From positions 61,497 through 125,496 of the forward strand of contig JBJTQH010000133.1 of assembly GCA_046075505.1 (NCBI GenBank): DNA of 64,000 bases. The letters run 5' to 3'. Positions 20,385-31,235 of the stretch are shown here, piece by piece; positions within the stretch are counted from its first letter, which is position 1; each line of letters starts with the position of its first letter. Origin of the DNA: Cyanobium sp. (lineage in GTDB: Bacteria; Cyanobacteriota; Cyanobacteriia; PCC-6307; Cyanobiaceae). The notes under the pieces are model-generated. The model saw only the letters and a program-made list of their open reading frames with translations. It was not told the origin of the DNA and searched no databases. The position numbers and the translations under genes are program-made.

Positions 20385-20744
20385 ATGCGTGCCCTTGCCA
20401 GCAAGGGCGAAGTGATCGAAATCGCAGCCGGCGGCGTGATCTTCCGGGCCGGTGAACCGGGAGATTGCATGTTCGGGCTGCTGGAAGGCACGGTGGATCT
20501 CACCTGGAATGGTGAGCAGGGTCATGAAACGATCCAGGCCGGCGATGTCTTCGGTGCCGGGGCTCTGGTGACACCCGATCACCGCCGTTATGGCATGGCC
20601 ATCGCGGTCACCCCCTGCCGGCTGCTGGTGATGAACCGCGAGAAGTTTCTGTTCGCGGTGCAGGAATCGCCAATGTTCGCCATCGAACTGCTCGGCTCGA
20701 TCGACCAGAGGCTGCGCGATCTCAAGAACTGCGTGCGCAACTGA
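20385..20744 (+). CDS. stand-alone cyclic-nucleotide-binding domain protein
   Basis: GGVIFRAGEPGDCMFGLLEGTV...GDVFGAGAL pattern of a cNMP-binding beta-barrel. ATG at 20385 chosen. Confidence 0.75.
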   Translation: MRALASKGEVIEIAAGGVIFRAGEPGDCMFGLLEGTVDLTWNGEQGHETIQAGDVFGAGALVTPDHRRYGMAIAVTPCRLLVMNREKFLFAVQESPMFAIELLGSIDQRLRDLKNCVRN

Positions 20745-20822
20745 AGCAACCCCGTCTCCTGGGCGGCACGGCCACCGGCCCTGGTGATCCCCGTGCCGGC
20801 CCGCCGAACGGCTGCTCCCCGA

Positions 20823-21998
20823 TCAGGAACCCTGAAACAGCAGGCGGCGGATCACCCGCTGGGCGATGTCGCCATAGCCCATCTCTCCGGAGAGGATCTG
20901 GGCGATCCGCTGCGGTGCCGTGGGGCGTTTGATCCCCAGCTGATAGCCCACCTTGGGAACCCGATAGAACACGCGAGCGATGCGACGCCCCCAGGCCATC
21001 GAATCGCCCCACTCGCTGCGCATGCGACGGCTGTAGGCCGCCGGAGCGTCGCTGTCGCCGGCCAGCCAGCGATCGAGCGCCTCGGCGGCATGGCAACCGC
21101 TCAGCAGCGACGGCCGCAGGCCTTCGGCCAGGAAGGGATCACACAGGGAGGCGGCATCACCGGCCACCAGCAGCCCTTCACCACCGGCGCCACGTCCATG
21201 CAGAGGGTGATGGCCATCCCAGACCCGCAGCTGGCCGTGGCGTCGCACGCCGGCATCGGGAGCCAGGCCGAGCGAGGGCAACAACGCCGCCAGCACGGCC
21301 TCGCTGTCGGCTTCCTGGCGGCCGATGAAAGTACCCACACCGATGCTCCAGCCGCTGCGGCGCGGGAAGGCCCAGCAGAAGCCGTGATGCACCAGGCCGA
21401 ACTCGAAGCGAGCGGTCTCGGGATCGAGCGGCGCGGTGTCCACCTCCACGGAAACGGTGGCGGCATAGCGGGGGCGCGGTGGCCCGAGGCCATGGCGCGC
21501 GGCGAGACTGGAGCCGGAGCCATCGGCCAGCAGCACGGCCCTGGCGCTGAGGCTGCGGCCATCCTGCAGCTGCACCCACCAGCGATCACCCCGGCGCTCG
21601 AGGGCCTCCGCCCGGCAGGGCTGGAGCAGGCGGGCACCCGCCTCACAGGCCCGCTGCGCCAGAAAGGCATCGAAACAAGCCCGCTGCACGATCCAGAAGG
21701 GGGCTTCCCCGGGCAGTTCCGCCAGCACCGGATCCTCCAGCTCCCAGGTGAAGCGCACCCGCCGGATTACCTGCTCCACCGCCGGTGTCAGATCAAACGG
21801 AAACAGGCGCTGCACCGAGGCCGCCATGCCGCCGCCGCAGGGTTTGCCGGCACCGGGAGCGCGCTGCTCCAGCAACAGCACCGAATGGCCGCGGGCGGCC
21901 AGGTGAAAGCCGGCGGCGGCTCCTGCCGCCCCGGCACCGATCACGATCACCTCCGCATCCGGCTGCCCTCCAGTCCCCCCTCCGAGCTCCACCGGCAC
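20823..21998 (-). CDS. FAD-dependent oxidoreductase (geranylgeranyl-reductase family)
   Basis: Rossmann motif VIVIGAGAAGAAAGFHLAARGHSVLLLE and KPCGGG. No ATG lies before the motif, so GTG at 21998 or 21992 is the inferred start. Confidence 0.8.
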   Translation of the reverse strand: MPVELGGGTGGQPDAEVIVIGAGAAGAAAGFHLAARGHSVLLLEQRAPGAGKPCGGGMAASVQRLFPFDLTPAVEQVIRRVRFTWELEDPVLAELPGEAPFWIVQRACFDAFLAQRACEAGARLLQPCRAEALERRGDRWWVQLQDGRSLSARAVLLADGSGSSLAARHGLGPPRPRYAATVSVEVDTAPLDPETARFEFGLVHHGFCWAFPRRSGWSIGVGTFIGRQEADSEAVLAALLPSLGLAPDAGVRRHGQLRVWDGHHPLHGRGAGGEGLLVAGDAASLCDPFLAEGLRPSLLSGCHAAEALDRWLAGDSDAPAAYSRRMRSEWGDSMAWGRRIARVFYRVPKVGYQLGIKRPTAPQRIAQILSGEMGYGDIAQRVIRRLLFQGS

Positions 21999-22288
21999 GC
22001 TGTTCAGCCCCTGGCCATGAGTGAGGCCATCCTGCCGGTTCAGCCGTGCCTGCTCCGGCCTGAGCCGTCCGGACTGGGCGTTCCAGCCTGACGGTTCAGA
22101 CCTGGGCCCCGGGAGCAGCCGCCGGCAGAGAGAGAGCCGAAGTGAAAGGCCCCTGCAGCCACCGCAGCGGGGCTGAGGGGCCTGTCTCTCTGGCGCTGGC
22201 CAGCTGCACGGGGTTGAGCGGCGACGCCATGCCAGCGATGCAACCTGCCAGCGCTGCAACCTGGCAGCGAATCTCCTGATGGAGCCAC

Positions 22289-23143
22289 TCAGTTCTTGGC
22301 GGAAGCCATGTCCATCGGGATGCGGGGCACCGGGAAGTTGTGGCGGGTCAGCACCTCAACAATGACGCGGTTGGTATCGAAGTAGACCTGCCAGTAGTGC
22401 TGGTTGTTGGTGTAAGGACGGACCGCCAGGCGAGGACCACGCTCGCTGAACTCCAGGATTTCGACATCGGGATCCATGCCCGGATACTGGTTGGGAATGG
22501 CCTTGAGACCCTCTTTGAGCAGGGCGATGGCACGCGGAACATCAGCGCTGTTATCGAGCTGGGCAACGAGCTCAACGCGACGGAAAGGATGAGCCGAGTA
22601 ATTGATGATCGTATCGCCGAAGAATTTCCCATTCGGCACAATATGACGCACATTATCAAGCGACAGGATCGTGGTGACGAACATGCCGACCTCTTCCACG
22701 GTGCCGGTGACGCCACCGCCGCTGACGAAATCACCGATACTGACGGGCCGGAACAGCTGCAGAAACACGCCCGCGGCAAAGTTGCCAAGCATGCCGCTCC
22801 AGGCCGCACCGATGGCAACACCAGCACCGGCGAGCAGGGCAGCGAAGCTGGCGGTCTGGATGCCGAAGAAGCCGAGGATGGCGACCGCCAGCACCACACG
22901 CAGCAGAGCGCCGAGGATATTGAGCAGGAAGCCGATCAGGGTCGGATCGAGATTGGCCTTGGAAAACGTGCGTCGCAACACCTTCAGGGCCATACGGATC
23001 AGCCAGGTGCCGACGATCCAGAGGGCAATCGCCCCCGCCAGTTTGAACAGGAAAGGAACAACAATCGTTGTCAGAACTCCAGGAACAGCCGCCGCTGCCC
23101 CCGTGGCAGCGGCGACGGGATCAGCCGGTGAAGCATTGGCCAT
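22289..23143 (-). CDS. mscS: small-conductance mechanosensitive channel
   Basis: TM helices followed by FRPVSIGDFVSGGGVTGTVEEVGMFVTTILSLDNVRHIVPNGKF, the MscS beta-domain signature. Confidence 0.9.
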   Translation of the reverse strand: MANASPADPVAAATGAAAAVPGVLTTIVVPFLFKLAGAIALWIVGTWLIRMALKVLRRTFSKANLDPTLIGFLLNILGALLRVVLAVAILGFFGIQTASFAALLAGAGVAIGAAWSGMLGNFAAGVFLQLFRPVSIGDFVSGGGVTGTVEEVGMFVTTILSLDNVRHIVPNGKFFGDTIINYSAHPFRRVELVAQLDNSADVPRAIALLKEGLKAIPNQYPGMDPDVEILEFSERGPRLAVRPYTNNQHYWQVYFDTNRVIVEVLTRHNFPVPRIPMDMASAKN

Positions 23144-23333
23144 GAAAACCGGAAATGCAGCGAACCGCGACCAGCCTGTTGACGTGCCAGTGGATTGTCA
23201 ACGCCTGAGGTGCTGTTGTCACAGGATCCATGGTCTCGGGCCATGCATTTCCTGATCAGCAAACCATTGTTGCGCATTTCAGCAAGACCTGCTAATACCG
23301 CCCCAGACCAGACTTCTCGCCAAGGCTCCTCGT

Positions 23334-23367
23334 TGTTGCCTCCATATCCGTGTTGCCTCCATATCCG
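23334..23367. repeat. perfect tandem duplication of a 17-bp unit (tgttgcctccatatccg x2)
   Basis: Read directly: 23334-23350 is identical to 23351-23367. Confidence 0.9.
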
Positions 23368-23594
23368 CCACAGTGCCACAACCGCCGCGACCACTCGCAA
23401 GCCGCAGATTGACTCAGGATTTTCTCAGATTGCATCTTGCTAATAGCCCCAGGGTGTGTTCCTTCTCAGCCAACACCCACCCACCACAGCCCCCCCCTCG
23501 GATCGCAGCCCAGATCCGCTCGTGAGTGCAGCCACGAGGACACCTTCACCCTTGGCGCGGCCGTGCCGATTGGGCCTCGACCTCCCATCAGCTC

Positions 23595-24431
23595 TCAGCC
23601 CTGCTCCTGCCGCAATCCCAACGCCAGACAGGCGGCGCTGACAAGCAGCACCAACGTCGACAACACCTGGATCTGGGGCGAGATCTCACGCTGCATCGCG
23701 CCGGCGATGTAAAGCGGCAGGGTCACCACCTCACCCGCGGTGAACACACTGATCACATAGTCGTCGAACGAGAGCGAAAACGACAGCAGCGCCGCCGCCA
23801 GCAGACCCGGTGCCAGCAAGGGCAGCGTGACGCGCCGGAAGACCTCAAGCGGCCTGGCCCCCAGATCCAGCGCCGCCTCCTCCAGCTGCGGATCCCAGCC
23901 CCCCAGCCGCGCCTTCACGGTGAGTGCCGCATAGCTGAGGCAGAACAGGCTGTGGGACAGCAACAGCGTCAACAGGCCGCGCCCGACACCGGCCAGGGCG
24001 AACAGATGCAGCAGGCTCGCCGCCAGCACGATCTCCGGATTCGTGAGCGGCAGCACCAGCAGCAACCCGATCCAGCGCTGCGCCCCGAGGCGGAACCGGG
24101 CCAGGGCCAGCGCCATCAGGGCGCCGAGCACGGTGGCGATCGCCGCCGCCGCCAGGGCCAGGGCCACGCTGGTGGCGAAGGCCCGGCTGAGGGCCCCATC
24201 GCGCAGCGGATGCAACCAGTGCTCCAGCGTGAAGCCCTGCCACTGCAGGTTGAAGCGACCGCGGGGCGCATTGAAGCTGAACAGCACCGTCACCAGCACC
24301 GGCGCGTACAGCAGCCCATAGGTGAGGGTGGTGATCAGCCGCAGCAGCCATTCAGCCGCTCGGAACCGCCCCCCGTCCGCCGGCTGCGGCTGCCCGCCAG
24401 CGGCCCGCTCCGGCCCATGCGTCTCGCTCAT
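23595..24431 (-). CDS. potC: polyamine ABC transporter permease
   Basis: ABC permease with multiple TM helices. Its ATG at 24431 overlaps the potB stop (ATGA). Confidence 0.85.
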   Translation of the reverse strand: MSETHGPERAAGGQPQPADGGRFRAAEWLLRLITTLTYGLLYAPVLVTVLFSFNAPRGRFNLQWQGFTLEHWLHPLRDGALSRAFATSVALALAAAAIATVLGALMALALARFRLGAQRWIGLLLVLPLTNPEIVLAASLLHLFALAGVGRGLLTLLLSHSLFCLSYAALTVKARLGGWDPQLEEAALDLGARPLEVFRRVTLPLLAPGLLAAALLSFSLSFDDYVISVFTAGEVVTLPLYIAGAMQREISPQIQVLSTLVLLVSAACLALGLRQEQG

Positions 24432-25372
24432 GGCAGGGGGAGCTCCTCCAGGGCGCCCCGGCGCAGCTGGGGCCACACCGCTGCGGTGATCAGAACCATC
24501 AGCAGCAGGGTGAGGGCGGCGGCATGGGGCGCCTGATGCTGCACCAGCAGCAGGGTTTCGATCGTGTTGGCGATCATCGTGTCGTTCGGGCCGCCCAGAA
24601 AGCGGGGATTCACCACATCGCCTGCCGCCGGTATCAGGCTGAGCAGCACCCCCGAAATCACCCCCGGCCGGGTCAGGGGCCACTCCACCCGCCTGAACCG
24701 TTGCAGAGCCGTGGCATGCAGATCGGCAGCGGCCTCAAGCAACAGCGGATCGATCCGCTCCATCGCCACCACCAGCGGCAACACCAGAAACGGCAGGGCG
24801 TTGTAGGTGAGCCCGCCGATCACCGCCGCCGGCGTGCTCAGCAAGCGGCCCTCCACCAGCACCCCCAGCTGCTGCAGCGGTGTCGTCAGCCCCAGCTGCC
24901 GCAGCAGCAGCAACAGCGGACCCTGATCGGCCAGCAGCGTGCTCCAGGCGATCGCCCGGACCAGATAGGAGCTGAAGAAGGGCAGCACCACCAGCGCCAG
25001 CAACACCCCTTTCCAGCGGCCACCCCGGAAGCGGATCATCCAGGCGAGCGGATAGGCGATCCACAGGCCCAGCAGCGTGGCGATCGCCGCCAGGCGGAAG
25101 GAGCGCAGCAGGATGCCGCCATAGAGAAGCAGCACCTCGGCGTAGGTCTGCAGGCGACCGGTGAACACGGTGTCCAGCCGGAAGCGATCCACCGGCTCGG
25201 AGAGGGACAGGGGCACCAGGGCCAGCAGCGGCAGCAGCTGCAACACCAGCAGCCACAGCAGACCCGGCGCCAGCAGCAACCAGGGCAGCCAGCGACGACC
25301 GTTGCCGGATCGCCCAGGACGACCGGCCGCGGCCCGGGGCTCAGCCCTGGGTGATGGCGGCGAAGCGGGCAT
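24428..25372 (-). CDS. potB: polyamine ABC transporter permease
   Basis: ABC permease fold. ATG at 25372 chosen, giving a 32-nt overlap with the potD end. Confidence 0.8.
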   Translation of the reverse strand: MPASPPSPRAEPRAAAGRPGRSGNGRRWLPWLLLAPGLLWLLVLQLLPLLALVPLSLSEPVDRFRLDTVFTGRLQTYAEVLLLYGGILLRSFRLAAIATLLGLWIAYPLAWMIRFRGGRWKGVLLALVVLPFFSSYLVRAIAWSTLLADQGPLLLLLRQLGLTTPLQQLGVLVEGRLLSTPAAVIGGLTYNALPFLVLPLVVAMERIDPLLLEAAADLHATALQRFRRVEWPLTRPGVISGVLLSLIPAAGDVVNPRFLGGPNDTMIANTIETLLLVQHQAPHAAALTLLLMVLITAAVWPQLRRGALEELPLP

Positions 25373-26522
25373 CGAAGCGGGCCTCCTCGGCAGCGCTGAG
25401 CGGACCGAAGGTCCGCAGGCGGGCCTCCAGCGCCGCATCGGGGAACATCTGCGGATTCCGGGCCAGCGCAGCGGTGGCCGCCTGGGCCGCCAGGATCTTC
25501 TGCACCCCTGCCACCGGGGTGATGTACTGCACGGAGGCCGCGATGCGGGCGGCATGGACCGGGTCGTAGACCCAGTTCAACCAACGGGCCGCAGCGGCGG
25601 GATGGCGGGCACCCTTCGGCATCACCATCACATCGGCCCACAGCACCCCGCCCCGCTCCGGCACCAGGAAGCGCAGATCGGGTTGCTCGCTGACCAGCTG
25701 GGCAATGTCACCGGACCAGGCCATGCAGGCCGCGAAATTGCCCGCCAGCAGATCCGCCTGGTAGTTGTTGCCGGTGAAGGCGCGGATCTGGCCCTCGCGC
25801 CGGGCCGTCTCCAGCCGCTCGAACGCCCGGCGGGCGGCAGCGAAGCTGGGGCGGCTGATGTCCTGGCCATCGTCCAGCATCAACAGCCCCATCGCATCGC
25901 GCATTTCGGTGAGGATGCCCACCTTGCCGCGCAGGGCTGGATCAAACAGATCACGGGCGCTGGTCAGTTCGCGGCCGGTGGCCTTGATGTTGTAGGCAAT
26001 GCCGGCGATACCGGACTGCCAGGGCAACGAATAGCGCTGGCTGGGATCCCAGGAGGGCCGCCGCAGCGCCGGCACCAGGTTGGCGGCGTTGGGGATCCGC
26101 TCCAGCGGCAGCGGCTCCAGCCAACCCAGCTCGATCAACCGCCCGGCCAGCCAGTAGGGGGTGACGAACAGATCCGGAGCAATGGGGCGACCGGCGGCCA
26201 GATCGGGCCGGATCCTGGCGAAGAAGGCCTGGGAATCATTGATGTCCTCCACATAGCTCACCGCGATGCCGGTCTCGCGCTGAAAGCGCGACAGGCTGCC
26301 GGGCACTCCATCCGCATCGGGATCGATGTAGAGCGGGTAATTGGAGATCACCAGCCGGTTGGCCGCCGCGGCCTCTTCCCCCCGCTTGCCGCTCCCACAG
26401 GCGGCCAGCAGTGCCGGAGTGGCGATCGCGGCACCAGCCGCCAGGGTGGCGCGGGTCAGGAACGCCCGCCGGGAGCCGGGGCGGCAGGACCGGAGCTGGC
26501 TCGGAGGAATCGGCCGGGTCAT
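25341..26522 (-). CDS. potD: polyamine (spermidine/putrescine-type) ABC substrate-binding protein
   Basis: Twin-Arg signal [21 protein letters not shown] and a PotD/PotF-like body. Its ATG at 26522 overlaps the potA stop (ATGA). Confidence 0.85.
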   Translation of the reverse strand: MTRPIPPSQLRSCRPGSRRAFLTRATLAAGAAIATPALLAACGSGKRGEEAAAANRLVISNYPLYIDPDADGVPGSLSRFQRETGIAVSYVEDINDSQAFFARIRPDLAAGRPIAPDLFVTPYWLAGRLIELGWLEPLPLERIPNAANLVPALRRPSWDPSQRYSLPWQSGIAGIAYNIKATGRELTSARDLFDPALRGKVGILTEMRDAMGLLMLDDGQDISRPSFAAARRAFERLETARREGQIRAFTGNNYQADLLAGNFAACMAWSGDIAQLVSEQPDLRFLVPERGGVLWADVMVMPKGARHPAAAARWLNWVYDPVHAARIAASVQYITPVAGVQKILAAQAATAALARNPQMFPDAALEARLRTFGPLSAAEEARFDARFAAITQG

Positions 26523-27604
26523 CGGATCGGATCGCGCAGGGGATGGGTATCGGCCGGATCCCAGTGACACCAGAGCAGACGACCGGCCTCAAGACCCGCC
26601 GGCAGGTTATCGGTGCTGGCCAGGGCCAGCAGCGGCTGCTCCCACAGAACGGGCCCGGCGACAGGCGGCTGCAGGAGAACCTCCAGCGTCGGTCCCTGGA
26701 AGGTGAGGCTGATCACCCGGGCCTGCACGCCCTGGCGTGGGGGATGCGGCGGCTCCGGACTGAGCCGCAACCGCTCCGGGCGCAGCAGCCGCAGGGAACC
26801 ATCGCGGTGTCGCAGCAGATTGGCCGCCCCGAGGAAGCTGGCCACGGTGACGGTCTCGGGGCGCTCATACAGCTGCCGCGGCGGCCCGACCTGCTCCAGA
26901 CGGCCAGCGTGCATCACCGCCAGCCGGTCGCTGAGGGCCAGGGCCTCCTCACGATCGTGGGTGACGAGCAGAAAGGCGATGCCCACCTCCCGCTGGATGC
27001 GTTTGAGCTCCTGCTGCATCGCCCGCCGCAGGTTGGGATCGAGGGCCGCCAGCGGTTCATCGAGCAGCAGAGCCGCCGGCGCATTGACCAGGGCCCGCGC
27101 CAGGGCCACCCGCTGCTGCTGGCCGCCGGAAAGCTGCCGGGGTCGGCGCCGCGCCAGATCGGAGAGACGCACCACCTCAAGCGCCTCCCCCACCCGGCGC
27201 CGGATCTCCGCCGACGGCAGGCGGCAGGAGCGGGGACCGAAGGCGACGTTCTCCCAGACATCGAGATGGGGGAAGAGCGCATAGCTCTGGAACACGGTGT
27301 TCACCGGGCGGCGATGGGCCGGTGTCGTCGTCACATCGCGGCCCTGCAGCAGGATGCGGCCGCTGTCGGGGGACTCAAAGCCGGCGATCAGCCGCAGGGT
27401 GGTGGTCTTGCCGCAGCCGGAGGCCCCCAGCAGCGCGAAGAACTCGCCGGCGGCGATGCTCAGATCGAGCGCATCCACGGCGCTGACCGTCCCATAGCGG
27501 CGCGAGACCTGACAGAGACGGATCACCTCGGCCGCCGACCCGTCCTGGCGGCGGTCATCCAGGCGGCGATCAGTCGTCGTCCGCAACGCTGCCATCGAGC
27601 CCAT
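26519..27604 (-). CDS. potA: polyamine ABC transporter ATP-binding protein
   Basis: Walker [10 protein letters not shown], signature [15 protein letters not shown] and Walker B LLLDEP. The start may instead be GTG at 27526. Confidence 0.9.
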   Translation of the reverse strand: MGSMAALRTTTDRRLDDRRQDGSAAEVIRLCQVSRRYGTVSAVDALDLSIAAGEFFALLGASGCGKTTTLRLIAGFESPDSGRILLQGRDVTTTPAHRRPVNTVFQSYALFPHLDVWENVAFGPRSCRLPSAEIRRRVGEALEVVRLSDLARRRPRQLSGGQQQRVALARALVNAPAALLLDEPLAALDPNLRRAMQQELKRIQREVGIAFLLVTHDREEALALSDRLAVMHAGRLEQVGPPRQLYERPETVTVASFLGAANLLRHRDGSLRLLRPERLRLSPEPPHPPRQGVQARVISLTFQGPTLEVLLQPPVAGPVLWEQPLLALASTDNLPAGLEAGRLLWCHWDPADTHPLRDPIR

Positions 27605-28421
27605 CCTCGCTCTCCTCCCAGGCCGGCGGCCAGGCCAGGTTCACCACCACCGGCGCATGATCGCTGGGCTGGGGCTGACCGCGCTGTGCCTGATCGATCA
27701 CACAGCCGGTGGCCTGATCCAGCAGCTCGGCATCGAGATAGATGTGATCGATGCGCCAGCCGCGGCCGGTCTCCCAGCCGGCGCTGCGGTAATCCCACCA
27801 GCTCCAGTGGCCGCTGGCGGGCTCGAAGGTACGAAACACATCCTGGAGGCGATCGCCGAGGAGGGTCTGCAGCGCCAGTCGCTCCGCCTCGCTGGCCATG
27901 ATCCCGCCCGACAATCGGGCCGGGTCGTGGATATCGCGATCCTCCGGGGCGATGTTGAAGTCCCCCAGCATCACCAATGGTTCCCCCTGCTGTTCCTGAA
28001 CCGCCAGATAACGCTGCAGACAGGCCAGCCAGGCGAGCTTGTAGGCGTACTTGTCGCTGCGCAGCGAAGAACCGTTCGGCACATAGAGATCCAGCACCCG
28101 CAGCCCGGCGATGCGGGCGCTGATCAGCCGCTTCTGATCGCTGAGATCGAAGGCCTGGGGATCATCGGGCAGCAGCGACGCGAACCCCACCTGCACATCC
28201 TCGATCGGCAGGCGGCTGAGGATGGCGACGCCGTTGTAGGTCTTCTGACCGCTGATCGCCACCGCGTAGCCCAGGTCCTGGAAGGGCTGCTGCGGAAACA
28301 ACGCATCGGCCACCTTGGTCTCCTGGAGGCAGAGCACCTCGGGGCGCTCCCGTTCCAGCCAGCTGCAGACCTGCCCCAGGCGGGTGCGCACGGAATTGAC
28401 GTTCCAGGTGGCGATCCGCAT
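27570..28421 (-). CDS. xthA: exodeoxyribonuclease III
   Basis: [42 protein letters not shown] motifs. ATG at 28421 chosen. Confidence 0.93.
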   Translation of the reverse strand: MRIATWNVNSVRTRLGQVCSWLERERPEVLCLQETKVADALFPQQPFQDLGYAVAISGQKTYNGVAILSRLPIEDVQVGFASLLPDDPQAFDLSDQKRLISARIAGLRVLDLYVPNGSSLRSDKYAYKLAWLACLQRYLAVQEQQGEPLVMLGDFNIAPEDRDIHDPARLSGGIMASEAERLALQTLLGDRLQDVFRTFEPASGHWSWWDYRSAGWETGRGWRIDHIYLDAELLDQATGCVIDQAQRGQPQPSDHAPVVVNLAWPPAWEESEDGLDGSVADDD

Positions 28422-28762
28422 CGGTGGCATCCCGCTGGTGCTGGGGCAAGGGTGGCAGGGCGATCCTGTCGCCGCACGGGCTGGGGCCGCTGGCGCCGTG
28501 ATCATCGGCGCCGGAGCTTCGTGGTGAATGCTCCTAACATCCAGCCATTCCATGCCCGCCGGTCCCGGCTCTGCGGTGCTGGCTCTGTCGGTGATCGCTC
28601 TGCAGTGAGGGCCCCCTCCCTGCGGAACCGGAGCTGCAGGGGCAGCAGCGGCCCGAACCGCGACGGCCCCTCTCCCATCAGCCGGAGCACCGCCGCAGCC
28701 GCCCCCCGTCCCGTCAGCGCCCGATCGGCAACGTCACCGCCGCCCTCCACGCCAGCCCTCCC

Positions 28763-29221
28763 GTGTCCGCCACCTCCCCATCGGCCACCGCCTGCTCCGC
28801 CACCACCACCCGGATCGCCAGGTGCCGGGCCGCCCTGCTGGCGGCTGCCACGCTGCTGTTCCCCGCCACGGCACAGGCCCAGCAGGCCGGTTACGGCCAG
28901 ACCCTGGGCACAACCCCGATGGAGCGGCAGCTTTATGAGGGCGGCACCGGCAAACCCAGCGGCGGCTCACTGCTCGATTCCACCAATCCGATCGATCTGA
29001 TGAACCGGATCCGGCGCGGCACAGCGATGGATGCGGCCACACCGCCCGCTTCGGCGATCGATCAGGCCCTGCGTGACCTGGAAGCGCAGGCCGCGCCGGC
29101 ACCGGCACTAAACGGGACGCTGCCGCGGTCCGCCAGCCCTCAGACCACGGTGACCTCCGCGGGCCAGCCGGCGGCACCGGCCTCCACCCTGCTGACCCCT
29201 GGATCCGGGCTGCTGCGCTGA
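28763..29221 (+). CDS. hypothetical secreted protein
   Basis: Signal-like N-terminus ALLAAATLLFPATAQAQ and high GC3. No family recognised. Confidence 0.45.
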   Translation: MSATSPSATACSATTTRIARCRAALLAAATLLFPATAQAQQAGYGQTLGTTPMERQLYEGGTGKPSGGSLLDSTNPIDLMNRIRRGTAMDAATPPASAIDQALRDLEAQAAPAPALNGTLPRSASPQTTVTSAGQPAAPASTLLTPGSGLLR

Positions 29222-29294
29222 GATCCCGCCAGAGCCCATGGCGCCCACGCCACCTGCAGCCGCTGCCGCCTGAGCGAGTGCGGGGGCCCTCCCC

Positions 29295-30242
29295 TCAGGG
29301 AGCAGCCGATGCCGCCGGAGGCGATCCCGCACCGGCTTCAGCAGCGGGCGGCGACGGCGCCTCAGGGGCCTGAACGGATGGCGCGGGGGAGCGGGTGGAT
29401 CCGGCGGACTCCGCACCGGCCGCAGAACGCAGGGGCTCCAGGCCCAGACTCGCCGCCAGGCGATCGAGCAGGGGGTCGGGGCGCAGGGGCTCGCGGCTGC
29501 GCAGCCGGGCCTGATTCAGGGCGGCGAGCGCACCGCGGCTGTCACCCAGCTGGTGGCGCAACAGCGTCAGCCCGAGCAGGGGACGCTGATCCTCCGCGAA
29601 GGTGTCGGCGAGCTGGCGATAGGTGGCCACGGCGGCACGGCTCTGGCCCCGCTTCTGCTGCAGTTCCGCCAACAGCAGGCCGAGCCCCAGGGCATGGGGC
29701 TGCAACGGAGGCCCCAGGGCCTTGCGATAGGCAACGCGCACCCGTGCCTCAGCGACACTGCCACGGCCCTGTTCCAGCTGCAGCAGGGTCATCAGCTGCA
29801 ACGCCTCCAGCTGATCGCTGCGCCGGTTGAGGATCATCCGCAGTTCCCGCTCGGCGCCGGCACGATCCCCCCGGTCGCGCCGCAGCTCAGCGAGCATCAG
29901 CCGCAGCGCCCAGCGATCCGGTTCGCGATCGGCCAGCGGTTCCAGCAGGGCGATCGCCTGCTGCTGACGATCGAGGGCGATCAACAGCTCCAGCAGGCGC
30001 TGCTGCTCGGCGGGGCTGGCCTGGCCGCGATCAAACCGGCGACGCAGATCGCGCACCTCCCGCTCCAGCCGGGCACTGCGGACCTGGCCAGGGGCCTGGG
30101 CCTGCTGCTGCTGCCGACCCAGCCACCAGCCGGCTCCGGCGGCCCCCAGCAGCAGGGTCACCCCCAGCAGCACCGGCCACGCTCCGCGACGCCTTGGAGT
30201 TGATGCCGCCATCCGCTGTGGACTGCGTGGAGTACGAGACAC
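29295..30242 (-). CDS. TPR-repeat membrane-anchored protein
   Basis: N-terminal TM segment (WPVLLGVTLLLGAAGAGWW) followed by repeated helical A/L/R-rich TPR-like units. Confidence 0.65.
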   Translation of the reverse strand: MSRTPRSPQRMAASTPRRRGAWPVLLGVTLLLGAAGAGWWLGRQQQQAQAPGQVRSARLEREVRDLRRRFDRGQASPAEQQRLLELLIALDRQQQAIALLEPLADREPDRWALRLMLAELRRDRGDRAGAERELRMILNRRSDQLEALQLMTLLQLEQGRGSVAEARVRVAYRKALGPPLQPHALGLGLLLAELQQKRGQSRAAVATYRQLADTFAEDQRPLLGLTLLRHQLGDSRGALAALNQARLRSREPLRPDPLLDRLAASLGLEPLRSAAGAESAGSTRSPAPSVQAPEAPSPPAAEAGAGSPPAASAAP

Positions 30243-30472
30243 GCCCGCTGCGGAGGCTACCGCTGCTGCTGTCTAAATTGGCCGCGCGGCCCGATGCCGT
30301 CCCCACCCGCCCCATCCCCTGCCGCGGTCCATGCCGTGGTCAGCCCGGAGGTCGGCCGTTCGAGCCCGGCTCGGCGGTTCCGCTCCGTGCGGCGCCACTC
30401 CCGCCACCATCCCCGGACCCACGGCCGGTGTACCGGCAGGCGGTCCTGGGTGGGGTCTCCCTGAAGCAGCCC

Positions 30473-31234
30473 ATGCGCCACCACCCCATTTCCCCGGTCA
30501 CCGAGCCGATGCAGTACCGGGCCATCGGTGTTGTGCGCGGCCGGTATGTCGCCAGCGAGGCCGACCAGCCGAACCGCGGCCTGATCCATACCGCCGATGG
30601 CCAGGAGATCGAAGCGGTGGTACTTGGACGCCTGCTCACCCTGATGCAGCGCCATCTCGATCCGGAACAGCCCCACCTGTGGGTCGTCTATCCCCGCATC
30701 CGCGAACGCGGCATGCTGCATCTGCAGATGGTGGGCGTCTGGGAACCCAGCACCCTCGATGCCAGCGGCAGTGCCAGCGAGGAAGATGACCTGCTGCCCG
30801 AGGGCGATGACTATTTCTCTGTGCGGGGTGAGCTGATCTACACCCGCCCGGAGAGCGGCGAGCTGGTGATCAAGGTGCGCCAGCAGCCTCGCCCCGATGG
30901 CAGCCGGCCGCTGCCGTTCAAGCTGCCGATCCGCGGCGAGATCCCGCTGGAGCATCTGCGCCATTTCGTGGCGCTGGAGCTGCGCCGCCAGGGCCTGGAT
31001 CTGCAGCTGGAGGCCTTTGAAGTGATCGGCCCGCTCGCCCAGCGCGGCAACCGCGGCGGCAGGCGGCGGCGCCCCGGCGGCGAAGGCAACGCTGCAGACG
31101 CCGGTGGTGGCCGTCGCGAGCGCCGGGGCGGATCGACGCCAGGCTCTGCCGGGCCGGAGCATGATCGCGCCGCGGCCAGCTCCGAGGGCCGTCCGGTGAC
31201 GCGCAGCAAGGCCATCAGTCGTCCCAACCGCTGA
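30473..31234 (+). CDS. conserved hypothetical protein
   Basis: ATG at 30473 (MRHHPISP) within ORF 30194..31234. The core is well-composed, with a basic Gly/Arg tail. Confidence 0.55.
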   Translation: MRHHPISPVTEPMQYRAIGVVRGRYVASEADQPNRGLIHTADGQEIEAVVLGRLLTLMQRHLDPEQPHLWVVYPRIRERGMLHLQMVGVWEPSTLDASGSASEEDDLLPEGDDYFSVRGELIYTRPESGELVIKVRQQPRPDGSRPLPFKLPIRGEIPLEHLRHFVALELRRQGLDLQLEAFEVIGPLAQRGNRGGRRRRPGGEGNAADAGGGRRERRGGSTPGSAGPEHDRAAASSEGRPVTRSKAISRPNR

Positions 31235-31235
31235 G

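Noticed and set aside
30330-30400. GTTCGAGCC T-loop-like motif and a nearby ..GCCACCA.. string, suggesting a tRNA or the acceptor piece of a permuted two-piece tmRNA (known in this cyanobacterial lineage).
   Set aside because: I could not build a 5-bp T stem around a 7-nt loop, an acceptor stem or a D arm. No tag-peptide reading frame ending in AA-stop is seen nearby.
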